From: Shigella phage ESh26
Sequence record: ON528736
Strand: one strand, 5' to 3'
Length of the DNA stretch: 64,000 nucleotides
Position numbers and translations under genes: made by a program
The notes under the pieces: model-generated
The model's input: the letters and a program-made list of their open reading frames with translations, nothing else
Database searches by the model: none
What the model was told of the DNA's origin: nothing
Part shown: in pieces, positions 1 to 10,800 of the stretch
Numbering within the stretch: position 1 is the first letter of the stretch
Layout of the letters: each line of letters opens with the position of its first letter

Positions 1-541
1 AATTATCAGTCTGTTCATCATGTTTATCAATTATATTTAAAAACGAATCAAGCAAGATAAACGTCTCAAACGAAATTATATTCGATTGAAGTAGTTTAAA
101 AATATAACTTGATTGAACTTTTGGATTATACTCAAAGATTTCTTTAAAAGCAGAAACTTCAACTTTTTTACTAAAATAATAAATGTTGCGAATATCTTCT
201 TCAAACTTAAATTTAATTTGCTTTAAGCGTCCGATATATTCACGATAAAACACAAGTGCATCAGCGTCAGAGATGTCACCAATCCAAGCATCTTGGTTAG
301 CAACAAGATTGCTTATAAAGATTAAAGCAAGTTCCTTTAATTTATATTTTTCTGATAACTTCTGGAAAAAATACTTATCCCTTCGCTTTTGATAAGCGGC
401 ATCAGACACCCGCATGCACCAATTATACTTAATTACATCATACTTTCCATTCATATGTTGTTTTATCATTAAGTATAATTTATAAACTGATTTACCATCA
501 ATGTATCTTTCACCACCAGCAGGCATGCGGAGTTTAATCAT
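1..541 (-). CDS. 59: Helicase-loading protein gp59, N-terminal part (3' end lies beyond window start)
   Basis: Reverse complement of 520-541 reads MIKLRMPAGGERYIDGK...; frame stays open to position 1; ATG overlaps gp33 stop (ATGA); synteny 32-59-33. Confidence 0.85.
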   Translation of the reverse strand, partial: MIKLRMPAGGERYIDGKSVYKLYLMIKQHMNGKYDVIKYNWCMRVSDAAYQKRRDKYFFQKLSEKYKLKELALIFISNLVANQDAWIGDISDADALVFYREYIGRLKQIKFKFEEDIRNIYYFSKKVEVSAFKEIFEYNPKVQSSYIFKLLQSNIISFETFILLDSFLNIIDKHDEQTDN

Positions 542-876
542 AGTAGAAAATCTAATGTATTAGTTTTTTCACAACGAACAACAGAAGGACGTAAAAGATT
601 TTCGTCAATAGCTTCTGACTGAATTTTTTCAATTATACCCGAAGGAATAAATTTAGCAAATTGAGTTTCAGGAATAGAATTTTCTTCTAAGAATGCTGTT
701 GTAGCTTCAAGATAACTCATTCCAAACTCTTCTACCATTTTTTCAATAATAAATCCATTTTCTTGACGGTCAAGAAGCTTTGCAATTTCATCCTTTTCTT
801 TCTTAATTGAAAGTTCTTTTTCTGAAAGACCGGTCTCATCGACCGGACGAATATCATTTAGAGAAAACTGTGTCAT
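538..876 (-). CDS. 33: Late transcription co-activator gp33
   Basis: ORF track 538..885; internal start MTQFSLNDIRPVDETG... gives 112 aa, matching T4 gp33 from memory; synteny. Confidence 0.9.
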   Translation of the reverse strand: MTQFSLNDIRPVDETGLSEKELSIKKEKDEIAKLLDRQENGFIIEKMVEEFGMSYLEATTAFLEENSIPETQFAKFIPSGIIEKIQSEAIDENLLRPSVVRCEKTNTLDFLL

Positions 877-1123
877 AAAGTTCAACTACCTCTTCAGTTT
901 CAGCTTCAAACACATCACGGTTATCTTTATGATACAAAGCTAACAGACGATTAAACATCTTACCATCAACGCCAAGTTCATCTTTGGCACGAATTCGAAT
1001 ATCTTTAATCAATTCATTATAACCAGAAATTTTCAGTTTATGATCAGATGCTTCTTTAATAAATTTAGCCAAGTCTTCGCCATGGATAGCTTCATCAAAT
1101 TCAACCATTTCTTTTTTAGCCAT
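854..1123 (-). CDS. dsbA: DsbA double-stranded DNA-binding protein (late transcription enhancer)
   Basis: 89-aa ORF MAKKEMVEFDEAIHGEDLAKF...; size and position between rnh and 33 as in T4. Confidence 0.88.
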   Translation of the reverse strand: MAKKEMVEFDEAIHGEDLAKFIKEASDHKLKISGYNELIKDIRIRAKDELGVDGKMFNRLLALYHKDNRDVFEAETEEVVELYDTVFSK

Positions 1124-1131
1124 TATTCACC

Positions 1132-2049
1132 TCAAAATTCATTAATGCTATTAGTTAATTTAGAAAGACCCGCTTTTACAAAATATGAATAAATTTTGCC
1201 ACGCGGCGGTAATTTATATGAATTATAGTAATTCACAATGTTTGAAGCAATATTATCAGGAATATAATCAAAATCAATTAGAACTAAATTTTCTTTATAT
1301 CGATTATATTCAGATTCAGTGAGAAGCACCTTAGCTTGCTCGCGGTCATTAGCAATAGCTTCAACAATAGAGGTTTTCATTGAAGGAGTTCGTTCACCTT
1401 CAACTCTGGTAAACCAAAAGTCAGATCGTACTTTAACTGAAGCAACGTTATCCTTTTTGTCACCTTTAAGGATTTTAGTCATACAGTCAATTTCAGCAGA
1501 ACCGCTTTTAATTTTAACCCATTTCTTGTGCATCGGTGACCATTGCTTAACATTTGGGTATTTATGAAGTTGAGTAAAGTCACCATCCGATGAAATGATT
1601 AAAATCTTGTGTCCTTCTAAAGAGAACTTTTTAACAAGAACAGCAATATGGTCATCTGCTTCATACTTATCAATATCCATAACAATGTATGGCATATAAG
1701 CTTTCAATTCATCTATAACTTTATGACTGGATTCAAAATAACCTTCCCAGTCCCAAGTAGATTCTTCTCGTGCTTTTCCACGGTTTTTCTTATAATAATA
1801 AGCAAAATCACGACGCCAGTATCCAGATTTCGCATTATCAATACACAGTACAATTTTAGTGTATCCAAGAGCTTTTGCTTTTTTGACATTAAACTTAATT
1901 GAGTTCAATATCAAATGACGAACCATTGATAAATTAATTTTTTCTTTATCTGGAAAGTTTACCAAAGCAGTTGAAAGCGCAATTTGACTAAAGTCAATTA
2001 AGCAGATTCCTTCTTTGTAATCTTCATCCAGCATCATTTCTAAATCCAT
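1132..2049 (-). CDS. rnh: RNase H (5'-3' exonuclease, FEN-1 family)
   Basis: ORF track 1132..2064; ATG start MDLEMMLDEDYKEGICLIDFSQ... gives 305 aa; acidic-residue nuclease motifs; synteny. Confidence 0.92.
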   Translation of the reverse strand: MDLEMMLDEDYKEGICLIDFSQIALSTALVNFPDKEKINLSMVRHLILNSIKFNVKKAKALGYTKIVLCIDNAKSGYWRRDFAYYYKKNRGKAREESTWDWEGYFESSHKVIDELKAYMPYIVMDIDKYEADDHIAVLVKKFSLEGHKILIISSDGDFTQLHKYPNVKQWSPMHKKWVKIKSGSAEIDCMTKILKGDKKDNVASVKVRSDFWFTRVEGERTPSMKTSIVEAIANDREQAKVLLTESEYNRYKENLVLIDFDYIPDNIASNIVNYYNSYKLPPRGKIYSYFVKAGLSKLTNSINEF

Positions 2050-2078
2050 ATGAACCTCGTTCAATTAGTGAGATTTCT

Positions 2079-2108
2079 ATTATATACCATCCAAATCTTA
2101 AAGTAAAC
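2079..2108 (-). promoter_or_regulatory. T4-type early promoter upstream of rnh (-35 GTTTAC, 16-nt spacer, TGG-TATATAAT extended -10)
   Basis: Minus strand reads GTTTAC-tttaagatttggatgg-TATATAAT about 30 nt upstream of rnh ATG. Confidence 0.6.
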
Positions 2109-2111
2109 AAG

Positions 2112-2119
2112 TATAAATA
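2112..2119 (+). promoter_or_regulatory. Late promoter (TATAAATA) for gene 34
   Basis: Exact TATAAATA 34 nt upstream of gene 34 ATG; T4 late promoters are this octamer recognised by gp55. Confidence 0.8.
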
Positions 2120-2153
2120 CTTATTATTGAAAACACAATAGGAGCCCGGGAGA

Positions 2154-5100
2154 ATGGCCGAGATTAAAAGAAAGTTCAGAGCAGAAGATGGTCTGGACGC
2201 AGGTGGCGATAAAATAATCAACGTAGCTTTAGCTGATCGTGCCGTAGGAACTGACGGTGTTAACGTTGATTACCTAATTCAAGAAAATACAGTTCAACAA
2301 TACGATCCAACTCGTGGATATTTAAAAGATTTTGTAATCATTTATGATAACCGCTTTTGGGCTGCTATAAATGATATTCCAAAACCGGCAGGAGCTTTTA
2401 ATAGCGGACGCTGGAGAGCATTACGTACCGATGCTAACTGGATTACAGTCTCATCTGGTTCATATCAATTAAAATCTGGTGAAGCTATTTCGGTTAACAC
2501 TGCAGCTGGTAATGATATTACATTTACTTTACCATCTACTCCAATTGATGGTGATACTATCGTTCTCCAAGATATTGGAGGAAAACCTGGAGTTAACCAA
2601 GTTTTAATTGTAGCTCCAGTGCAAAGTATTGTAAACTTCAGAGGCGAGCAAGTACGTTCAGTACTAATGACTCATCCAAAGTCACAGTTAGTTTTAATTT
2701 TTAGTAATCGTCTGTGGCAAATGTATGTAGCTGATTATAGTAGAGAAGCTGTAGTTGTAACACCAGCGAATACTTATCAAGCGCAATCTAATGATTTTAT
2801 CGTACGTAGATTTACTTCTGCTGCACCGATAAATATTAAACTTCCGAGATTTGCTAATCACGGCGATATTATTAATTTCGTCGATTTGGATAAATTAAAC
2901 CCTCTTTATCATACAATTGTTACGACATATGATGAAACGACATCAGTACAAGAAGATGGAACTCATTCCATTGAAGGCCGTACATCGATTGACGGTTTCT
3001 TGATGTTTGATGATAATGAGAAATTATGGAGATTGTTTGACGGGGACAGTAAAGCACGTTTACGTATCATAACGACTAATTCAAATATTCGTCCAAACGA
3101 AGAAGTTATGGTATTTGGTGCAAATAACGGAACAACTCAAACGATTGAGCTTCAGCTTCCAACTAATATTTCTGTTGGTGATACTGTTAAAATTTCCATG
3201 AATTACATGAGAAAAGGACAAACGGTTAAAATCAAAGCTGCCGGTGAAGATAAAATTGCTTCTTCAGTTCAATTGCTGCAATTCCCAAAACGTTCAGAAT
3301 ATCCACCTGAAGCTGAATGGGTGACTGTCCAAGAATTAGTTTTTAATGGCGAAACTAATTATGTTCCAGTTTTACAACTTGCTTATATAGAAGATTCTGA
3401 TGGAAAATACTGGGTTGTACAACAAAACGTTCCAACCGTAGAAAGAGTTGATTCTTTAAACGATTCTACTAGAGCAAGATTAGGCGTGATTGCTTTAGCT
3501 ACACAAGCGCAAGCTAATGTCGATTTAGAAAATTCTCCACAAAAAGAATTAGCAATTACTCCAGAAACATTAGCTAACCGTACTGCTACAGAAACTCGTA
3601 GAGGTATCGCGAGAATAGCAACTACTGCTCAAGTGAATCAGAACACCACATTCTCTTTTGCTGATGATATTATCATCACTCCTAAAAAGCTGAATGAAAG
3701 AACTGCTACAGAAACTCGTAGAGGTGTTGCTGAAATTGCTACGCAACAGGAAACTAATGCAGGTACTGATGATACTACAATCATCACTCCTAAAAAGCTT
3801 CAAGCTCGACAAGGTTCTGAATCATTATCTGGTATTGTAACCTTTGTATCTACCGCAGGAGCTACTCCAGCTTCTAGTCGTGAATTAAATGGTACAAACG
3901 TTTATAATAAAAACACTAATAATTTAGTTGTTTCGCCTAAAGCACTGGATCAGTATAAAGCTACTCCAACGCAACAAGGTGCAGTAATTTTAGCAGTTGA
4001 AAGTGAAGTAATTGCTGGACAGAGTCAAGAAGGATGGGCAAATGCGGTTGTAACGCCAGAAACGTTACATAAAAAGACATCAACTGATGGAAGAATTGGT
4101 TTAATTGAAATTGCTACGCAAAGTGAAGTTAATACAGGAACTGATTATACTCGTGCAGTCACTCCTAAAACTTTAAATGACCGTAAAGCAACTGAAAGTT
4201 TAAGTGGTATAGCTGAAATTGCTACACAAGTTGAATTCGACGCAGGCGTCGACGATACTCGTATCTCTACACCATTAAAAATTAAAACTAGATTTGATAG
4301 TACTGATCGTACTTCTGTTGTTGCTCTATCTGGATTAGTTGAATCAGGAACTCTCTGGGACCATTATACCCTTAATATTCTTGAAGCAAATGAGACACAG
4401 CGTGGTACACTTCGTGTAGCTACACAGGTTGAAGCTGCTGCAGGAACATTAGATAATGTTTTAATAACTCCTAAAAAGCTTTTAGGTACTAAATCTACCG
4501 AATCGCAGGAAGGTGTTATTAAAGTTGCAACTCAGTCTGAAACTGTAACTGGAGCGTCAGCAAATACTGCTGTATCTCCAAAAAATTTAAAATGGATTGT
4601 ACAGAGTGAACCTACTTGGGCAGCTACTACTGCGATAAGAGGCTTTGTTAAAACTTCATCTGGTTCAATTACATTCGTTGGTAATGATACAGCTGGTTCT
4701 ACGCAGGACTTAGAGCTATACGAGAAAAATAGCTATGCAGTATCACCATATGAATTAAACCGTGTATTAGCAAATTATTTGCCATTAAAAGCAAAAGCTG
4801 CTGATACAAATTTATTGGATGGTCTAGATTCATCTCAGTTCATTCGTAGGGATATTGCACAGACGGTTAATGGTTCACTAACCTTAACCCAACAAACGAA
4901 TCTGAGTGCCCCTCTTGTATCATCTAGTACTGCTACGTTTGGCGGATCAGTTTCGGCAAACAGCACATTAACTATTTCTAATACTGGAACGGCAACTCGT
5001 CTGATTTTTGAGAAAGGACCTCAAACTGGAACTAACCCAGTACAGACGATGACTATCAGAGTTTGGGGAAATCAGTTTGGTGGCGGTTCAGATACAACAC

Positions 5101-6023
5101 GTTCTACTGTATTTGAAGTTGGTGATGAAACGTCTAATCACTTTTATTCTCAACGTAATAAAGCTGGGAATATAACGTTTAGTATCAATGGTACTGTAAT
5201 GCCAATAAATGTTAATGCTTCGGGTTCTTTGAATGCGAACGGCGTTGCAACATTTGGTAGTTCAGTTACAGCCAATGGCGAATTCATCAGCAAGTCTGCA
5301 AATGCTTTCAGAGCAATAAATGGCGATTATGGATTCTTTATTCGCAATGATGCTGCTAACACCTATTTTATGCTTACTGCATCGGGTGATCAGACTGGTG
5401 GATTTAATGGATTACGTCCTTTAGCTATTAATAATGCATCTGGTCAAGTAACGATTGGTGAAAGCTTAATCATTGCCAAAGGTGCTACTATAAATTCAGG
5501 TGGTTTAACTGTTAACTCGAGAATTCGTTCTCAGGGCACTAAAACATCTGACTTATATACCCGTGCTCCAACGTCTGATACTGTAGGATTCTGGTCAATC
5601 GATATTAATGATTCAGCTACTTATAACCAGTTCCCAGGTTATTTTAAAATGGTTGAAAAAACTAATGAAGTGACTGGGCTTCCGTACTTAGAACGTGGCG
5701 AAGAAGTTAAATCTCCTGGTACATTGACTCAGTTTGGTAACACACTTGATTCGCTTTACCAAGATTGGATTACTTATCCAACGACTCCAGAAGCACGTAC
5801 CACTCGCTGGACACGTACATGGCAGAAAACCAAAAACTCTTGGTCGAGTTTTGTTCAGGTATTTGATGGAGGTAACCCTCCTCAGCCGTCTGATATCGGT
5901 GCTTTACCATCTGATAATGCTACAATGGGGAATCTTACTATTCGTGATTTCTTACGAATTGGTAATGTTCGCATTATTCCTGACCCAGTGAATAAAACGG
6001 TTAAATTTGAATGGGTTGAATAA
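2154..6023 (+). CDS. 34: Long tail fibre proximal subunit gp34
   Basis: 1289-aa ORF, same length as T4 gp34; repeated ITPKKL/ATETRRG motifs; synteny 34-35-36-37. Confidence 0.95.
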   Translation: MAEIKRKFRAEDGLDAGGDKIINVALADRAVGTDGVNVDYLIQENTVQQYDPTRGYLKDFVIIYDNRFWAAINDIPKPAGAFNSGRWRALRTDANWITVSSGSYQLKSGEAISVNTAAGNDITFTLPSTPIDGDTIVLQDIGGKPGVNQVLIVAPVQSIVNFRGEQVRSVLMTHPKSQLVLIFSNRLWQMYVADYSREAVVVTPANTYQAQSNDFIVRRFTSAAPINIKLPRFANHGDIINFVDLDKLNPLYHTIVTTYDETTSVQEDGTHSIEGRTSIDGFLMFDDNEKLWRLFDGDSKARLRIITTNSNIRPNEEVMVFGANNGTTQTIELQLPTNISVGDTVKISMNYMRKGQTVKIKAAGEDKIASSVQLLQFPKRSEYPPEAEWVTVQELVFNGETNYVPVLQLAYIEDSDGKYWVVQQNVPTVERVDSLNDSTRARLGVIALATQAQANVDLENSPQKELAITPETLANRTATETRRGIARIATTAQVNQNTTFSFADDIIITPKKLNERTATETRRGVAEIATQQETNAGTDDTTIITPKKLQARQGSESLSGIVTFVSTAGATPASSRELNGTNVYNKNTNNLVVSPKALDQYKATPTQQGAVILAVESEVIAGQSQEGWANAVVTPETLHKKTSTDGRIGLIEIATQSEVNTGTDYTRAVTPKTLNDRKATESLSGIAEIATQVEFDAGVDDTRISTPLKIKTRFDSTDRTSVVALSGLVESGTLWDHYTLNILEANETQRGTLRVATQVEAAAGTLDNVLITPKKLLGTKSTESQEGVIKVATQSETVTGASANTAVSPKNLKWIVQSEPTWAATTAIRGFVKTSSGSITFVGNDTAGSTQDLELYEKNSYAVSPYELNRVLANYLPLKAKAADTNLLDGLDSSQFIRRDIAQTVNGSLTLTQQTNLSAPLVSSSTATFGGSVSANSTLTISNTGTATRLIFEKGPQTGTNPVQTMTIRVWGNQFGGGSDTTRSTVFEVGDETSNHFYSQRNKAGNITFSINGTVMPINVNASGSLNANGVATFGSSVTANGEFISKSANAFRAINGDYGFFIRNDAANTYFMLTASGDQTGGFNGLRPLAINNASGQVTIGESLIIAKGATINSGGLTVNSRIRSQGTKTSDLYTRAPTSDTVGFWSIDINDSATYNQFPGYFKMVEKTNEVTGLPYLERGEEVKSPGTLTQFGNTLDSLYQDWITYPTTPEARTTRWTRTWQKTKNSWSSFVQVFDGGNPPQPSDIGALPSDNATMGNLTIRDFLRIGNVRIIPDPVNKTVKFEWVE
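3540..4560 (+). repeat. Internal tandem peptide repeats within gene 34 (about six copies of a ~35-40 aa unit)
   Basis: Repeated units ...ITPKKLNERTATETRRGVAEIATQ..., ...VTPKTLNDRKATESLSGIAEIATQ...; nucleotide string actgctacagaaactcgtagaggt occurs twice. Confidence 0.7.
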
Positions 6024-6031
6024 GAGGTATT

Positions 6032-7147
6032 ATGGAAAAATTTATGGCAGAGTTTGGACAAGGATATGTCCAAACGCCATTTTTATCGGAAAGTAATTCA
6101 GTAAGATATAAAATAAGTATAGCGGGTTCTTGCCCGCTTTCTACGGCAGGACCATACGTTAAATTTCAGGATAATCCTGTTGGAAGTCAAACATTTAGCG
6201 CAGGACTTCATCTAAGAGTTTTTGACCCTTCCACCGGAGCATTAGTTGATAGTAAGTCATATGCTTTTTCTACTTCAAATGATACTACATCGGCTGCTTT
6301 TGTTAGTTTCATGAATTCTTTGACGAATAACAGACTTGTTGCTATATTAACTAGCGGAAAGGTTAATTTTCCTCCTGAAGTAGTATCTTGGTTAAGAACC
6401 GCAGGAACGTCTGCTTTTCCATCTGATTCTTTGCTGTCAAGATTTGACGTATCATATGCTGCTTTTTACACTTCTTCTAAAAGAGCTATTGCATTAGAAC
6501 ACGTTAAACTAAGTAATAGAAAAAGCACAGATGATTATCAAACTATTTTAGATGTTGTATTTGACAGTTTAGAAGACGTTGGAGCTACCGGGTTTCCAAG
6601 AAGAACATATGAAAGCGTTGAGCAATTTATGTCGGCAGTTGGCGGAACTAATAACGAAATTGCACGTCTACCAACTTCAGCTGCGATAAGTAAATTATCT
6701 GACTATAATTTAATCCCTGGTGATGTTCTTTATCTTAAAGCACAGTTATATGCTGATGCCGATTTACTTGCGCTTGGAACTACAAATATATCTATCCGTT
6801 TTTATAATGCATCGAATGGATATATTTCCTCGACACAAGCTGAGTTTACCGGGCAAGCTGGGTCTTGGGAATTAAAGGAAGATTATGTGGTTGTTCCAGA
6901 AAACGCTGTCGGATTTACGATATATGCACAAAGAACAGCACAAGCTGGCCAAGGTGGCATGAGAAGTTTAAGCTTTTCTGAAGTGTCAAGAAATGGAGGT
7001 ATTTCGAAACCCGCTGAATTTGGCGTCAATGGCATTCGTGTTAATTATATCTGTGAATCTGCTTCACCTCCGGATATAATGGTACTTCCTACACAAGCAT
7101 CGTCTAAAACTGGTAAAGTGTTTGGGCAAGAATTTAGAGAAGTATAA
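6032..7147 (+). CDS. 35: Long tail fibre hinge connector gp35
   Basis: 371-aa ORF immediately after gene 34 (9-nt gap); size as T4 gp35; synteny. Confidence 0.9.
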   Translation: MEKFMAEFGQGYVQTPFLSESNSVRYKISIAGSCPLSTAGPYVKFQDNPVGSQTFSAGLHLRVFDPSTGALVDSKSYAFSTSNDTTSAAFVSFMNSLTNNRLVAILTSGKVNFPPEVVSWLRTAGTSAFPSDSLLSRFDVSYAAFYTSSKRAIALEHVKLSNRKSTDDYQTILDVVFDSLEDVGATGFPRRTYESVEQFMSAVGGTNNEIARLPTSAAISKLSDYNLIPGDVLYLKAQLYADADLLALGTTNISIRFYNASNGYISSTQAEFTGQAGSWELKEDYVVVPENAVGFTIYAQRTAQAGQGGMRSLSFSEVSRNGGISKPAEFGVNGIRVNYICESASPPDIMVLPTQASSKTGKVFGQEFREV

Positions 7148-7152
7148 ATTGA

Positions 7153-7175
7153 GGGAGCCTTCGGGTTCCCTTTTT
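7153..7175 (+). terminator. UUCG-loop hairpin plus T-run after gene 35
   Basis: GGGAGCC-TTCG-GGTTCCC followed by TTTTT, 6 nt after gene 35 stop. Confidence 0.65.
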
Positions 7176-7178
7176 CTT

Positions 7179-7186
7179 TATAAATA
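7179..7186 (+). promoter_or_regulatory. Late promoter (TATAAATA) for gene 36
   Basis: Exact TATAAATA 24 nt upstream of gene 36 ATG. Confidence 0.8.
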
Positions 7187-7209
7187 CTATTAAAATAAAG
7201 GGGCATACA

Positions 7210-7875
7210 ATGGCTGATTTAAAAGTAGGTTCAACAACTGGAGGCTCTGTCATTTGGCATCAAGGAAATTTTCCATTGAATCCGGCCGGTGACGATGTAC
7301 TCTATAAATCATTTAAAATATATTCAGAATATAATAAACCACAAGCTGTTGATAACGATTTCGTTTCTAAAGCTAATGGTGGTACTTTTGCGTCAAAGGT
7401 AACATTTAATGCTGGTGTTCAAGTACCATATGCTGTAAACAATACAAACCCGTGCGGTATTTATCCAGGTAATGGCGATGCAGCTACTTTTGCTACAGCA
7501 AATATTGATATTGTTTCATGGTATGGTATTGGTTTTAAATCATCACAGGGTTCAGCAGCCCGAACTGTGGTAATTAACACACGTAATGGTGATATTAGTA
7601 CAAAAGGTGTTGTGTCGGCAGCTGGTCAAGTAAGAAGTGATGCTACTGCTCCTATAGCAGCAAATGACCTTACTAGAAAGGACTATGTTGATGGAGCAAT
7701 AAATACTGTTACGGCAAATGCAAACTCTAGAGTGTTACGATCTGGTGACACTATGACAGGAAACTTAACCGCACCAAACTTTTTCTCGCAGAATCCTGCG
7801 TCTCAACCTTCACACGTTCCGCGATTTGACCAAATCGTAATTAAGGATTCTGTTCAAGATTTCGGCTATTATTAA
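7210..7875 (+). CDS. 36: Long tail fibre distal connector gp36
   Basis: 221-aa ORF, same size as T4 gp36; synteny. Confidence 0.9.
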   Translation: MADLKVGSTTGGSVIWHQGNFPLNPAGDDVLYKSFKIYSEYNKPQAVDNDFVSKANGGTFASKVTFNAGVQVPYAVNNTNPCGIYPGNGDAATFATANIDIVSWYGIGFKSSQGSAARTVVINTRNGDISTKGVVSAAGQVRSDATAPIAANDLTRKDYVDGAINTVTANANSRVLRSGDTMTGNLTAPNFFSQNPASQPSHVPRFDQIVIKDSVQDFGYY

Positions 7876-7883
7876 GAGGACTT

Positions 7884-10800
7884 ATGGCTACTTTAAAACA
7901 AATACAATTTAAAAGAAGCAAAATCGCAGGTGCACGTCCTGCTGCTTCAGTATTAGCCGAAGGTGAATTGGCTATAAACTTAAAAGATAGAACAATTTTT
8001 ACTAAAGATGATTCAGGAAATATCATTGATTTAAGCATTTCCGCTGGCGGTAATATCAGTGGAAATATCACTCAAACTGGAGATTATTTACAGAACGGTA
8101 CATATAATCTCAATGGAAATCAGTTTGTTTATGCAGGAAAATATATTGAATTTTTACCTAAAACAGCTGGTAATGGTGCATGGGCAAATCAACACCTAAA
8201 TAAAGCTCCTATCTTTACAGATTTGAGCTCAACTACTTCCGTTTCAGAATATCATCCGCTGATTAAACAACGCTATAAAGATGGAACTTTTTCTGTTGGT
8301 ACGTTAGTAAACGAAGGAAGTTTTAAAATTCATTATATCAACGAATCGGGAACTTCAAAATACTGGACATTTCGTAGAGATGGCGGATTTGTTGTTGATA
8401 CAGGAAGTTTGACAGTAACAGATGGAAATATTTCTGCTTCTGGTAATATTAATTCGGCTACTGGGGTAGTTTCTGCTCCGCAAATCAATACAAAGACTAT
8501 AGTATTTGACACAAAAGCATTTGGACAATACGATTCACAATCATTAGTTCAATATGTTTACCCTGGAACTGGTGAAACAAACGGAATCAATTACCTTCGC
8601 AAATTCCGTGCAAAATCTGGTGGTACAATTTATCATGAATTAGCTTCTGCACAAACCGGAAAAAGTGATGAACTTTCTTGGTGGACTGGTAATACAGCGG
8701 TTAATAAACAAATGGGCCTTCGCAATGATGGTTCTTTAGTATTACGACGTTCACTTGCAATTGGTACAATTACAACAGATGAAAACATCAATAACTACGG
8801 CTCCACTGGAGCAATGGGTGAATGCTATATAGTAATTGGAGACGCCGCAACAGGTGTATCATATAAAAGATCTGGTGTATACGATTTAGTTGCTAACGGT
8901 CTTTCTATAGCATCTATTACTCCTGACAGTTTCCGTAGTACTCGTAAAGCGTTATTTGGGCGTTCAGAAGACCAAGGCGGAACGTGGATTATGCCTGGAA
9001 CGAATGCTGCATTTTTATCAGTTCAAACACAGGCTGATGAAAACGCTGCTGGAGACGGCCAGACACATATTGGCTATAACTCAGGCGGAAAAATGAACCA
9101 CTATTTCCGTGGTAAAGGCAAAACTAATATTAATACTCAAGAAGGCATGGAAGTTAACCCGGGTATTCTTAAAATAGTAACCGGTGCAAATAATGTAATG
9201 TTTTATGCTGATGGCGGTATTACATCCACTAAGCAGCTTTCAATATATAATGGTGTATATTTAGCAGCTAATAATTCTACTGCTGGGCTAACATTCGCTC
9301 CAACTACTACAATTGATGGCACTAAGCAAATTTTGTGGGAAGGCGGTACTCGTGCTGGACAGAATAAAAGCTATGTAACTGTTAAAGCGTGGGGTAATTC
9401 ATTTAACGCATCTGGCGATCGTAATCGTGAAACGGTTTTTGAAGTAGCTGACGGACAAGGTTATTATTTTTATGCGCAGCGTGTAGCTCCTGCATCAGGT
9501 TCAACAACTGGAGTAATTCAATTTAGAATTGCTGGAGCATTATTAACCGGTGGGGGTATTACATCATCAGGTTCTATTGTTACTGAGTCAAGTTTAGTTG
9601 CAAATAATGGATTGTCTGTAAATGGACAAGCTAAATTTGGTGGAACAGCAGATGCATTAAGAATTTGGAATGCTGAATACGGTGCTATTTTCCGCCGTTC
9701 GGAAACTAACTTTTATATTATTCCAACTTTACAAAATGCCGGAGAATCGGGCGGTATAAGTAATTTACGCCCATTTACCATCAATCTCGCAAATGGTAGT
9801 GTTATGATGGGCAATCATACACAAGCCGGAAAAAATTTGCTTACTATTGATAACGTATCAAAATTCGTTCAAACCGATGTTAGACTTCGAGTTAATATGG
9901 ATTCTGACGCTATTGTGGTAAATGCTTCTTCTCAAGCAGCGTCTAACTTTATCCAAGGACGTAAGGCTGATGTTACAAAATGGTATTTAGGTATTGGCGA
10001 TGGCGGAAACGTCGTTCGTATGCATAATTACACCTACTCTCACGGTATTGCATTAAACTCTGATACTGTCGATATTACTAAACCTCTTAAAATTAATGAT
10101 ATTCGAATTGGTACAGATGGTAACATCACAGGTGGTACTGGTAATTTTGCCAACTTAAATACAACGTTAAATCGTAAAACCAGCGTGGGCGGTTGGGCTG
10201 GTAGTTCTGTTGACGGATGGTATAAATTTGCTACGGTAACAATTCCTCAGGGTACTGGTACAGTGACTTTTAAGATTTCCGGCGGCGCTGGTTTTAATTT
10301 TAAAAGCTATGGCCAAGCTTCTGTTGCAGAAATAGTTCTTCGCACAGGTAATAATAATCCTAAAGGCATAAACGCTGTACTGTGGAATAGGTCAGACCTG
10401 AGTTTTAATCAGATAGCTACTATGAATACATCTGGCGATACTTATGATGTATACGTGTTCTGTGCCGGTTATACAAATGCATTAGTGGTTGAATATTCCT
10501 GTAGTGAAAACTCTTCAGTAACCGTAGTCGGTCTTAACGGAGGCATTCAGCCAGTTGTTGATGCATTGCCTGAGGGACATGTTGTAGGTAAAACAGTTCG
10601 TCTGTTAAATAATATTGGCGGAACTTTCGCAGCTGGAGAATCTAACATTGTTACTCGCGGTGAATACGTTACTGATAATCAAAAAGGCATGCGTATTAAA
10701 TCTAACGGTAATAATATCGGTTCTAACGCAGCTTTAATTAGAAATGATGGCGGAAGTTTTTATATTTTAGCTACAGATAAAAATACGGAAGAAAAACCCG

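Noticed and set aside
1319-1902. Plus-strand ORFs 1319..1567 and 1648..1902 inside rnh
   Set aside because: Antisense shadow ORFs fully within the well-supported rnh coding region; no RBS; low-complexity composition
3570-3812. Minus-strand 80-aa ORF inside gene 34
   Set aside because: Antisense to the repeat region of gene 34; Ser/Cys-rich low-complexity translation typical of a shadow frame
5734-6073. ORFs 5734..5991 (+) and 5882..6073 (-) at the gene 34 3' end
   Set aside because: Alternative frame or antisense within gene 34; no independent signals
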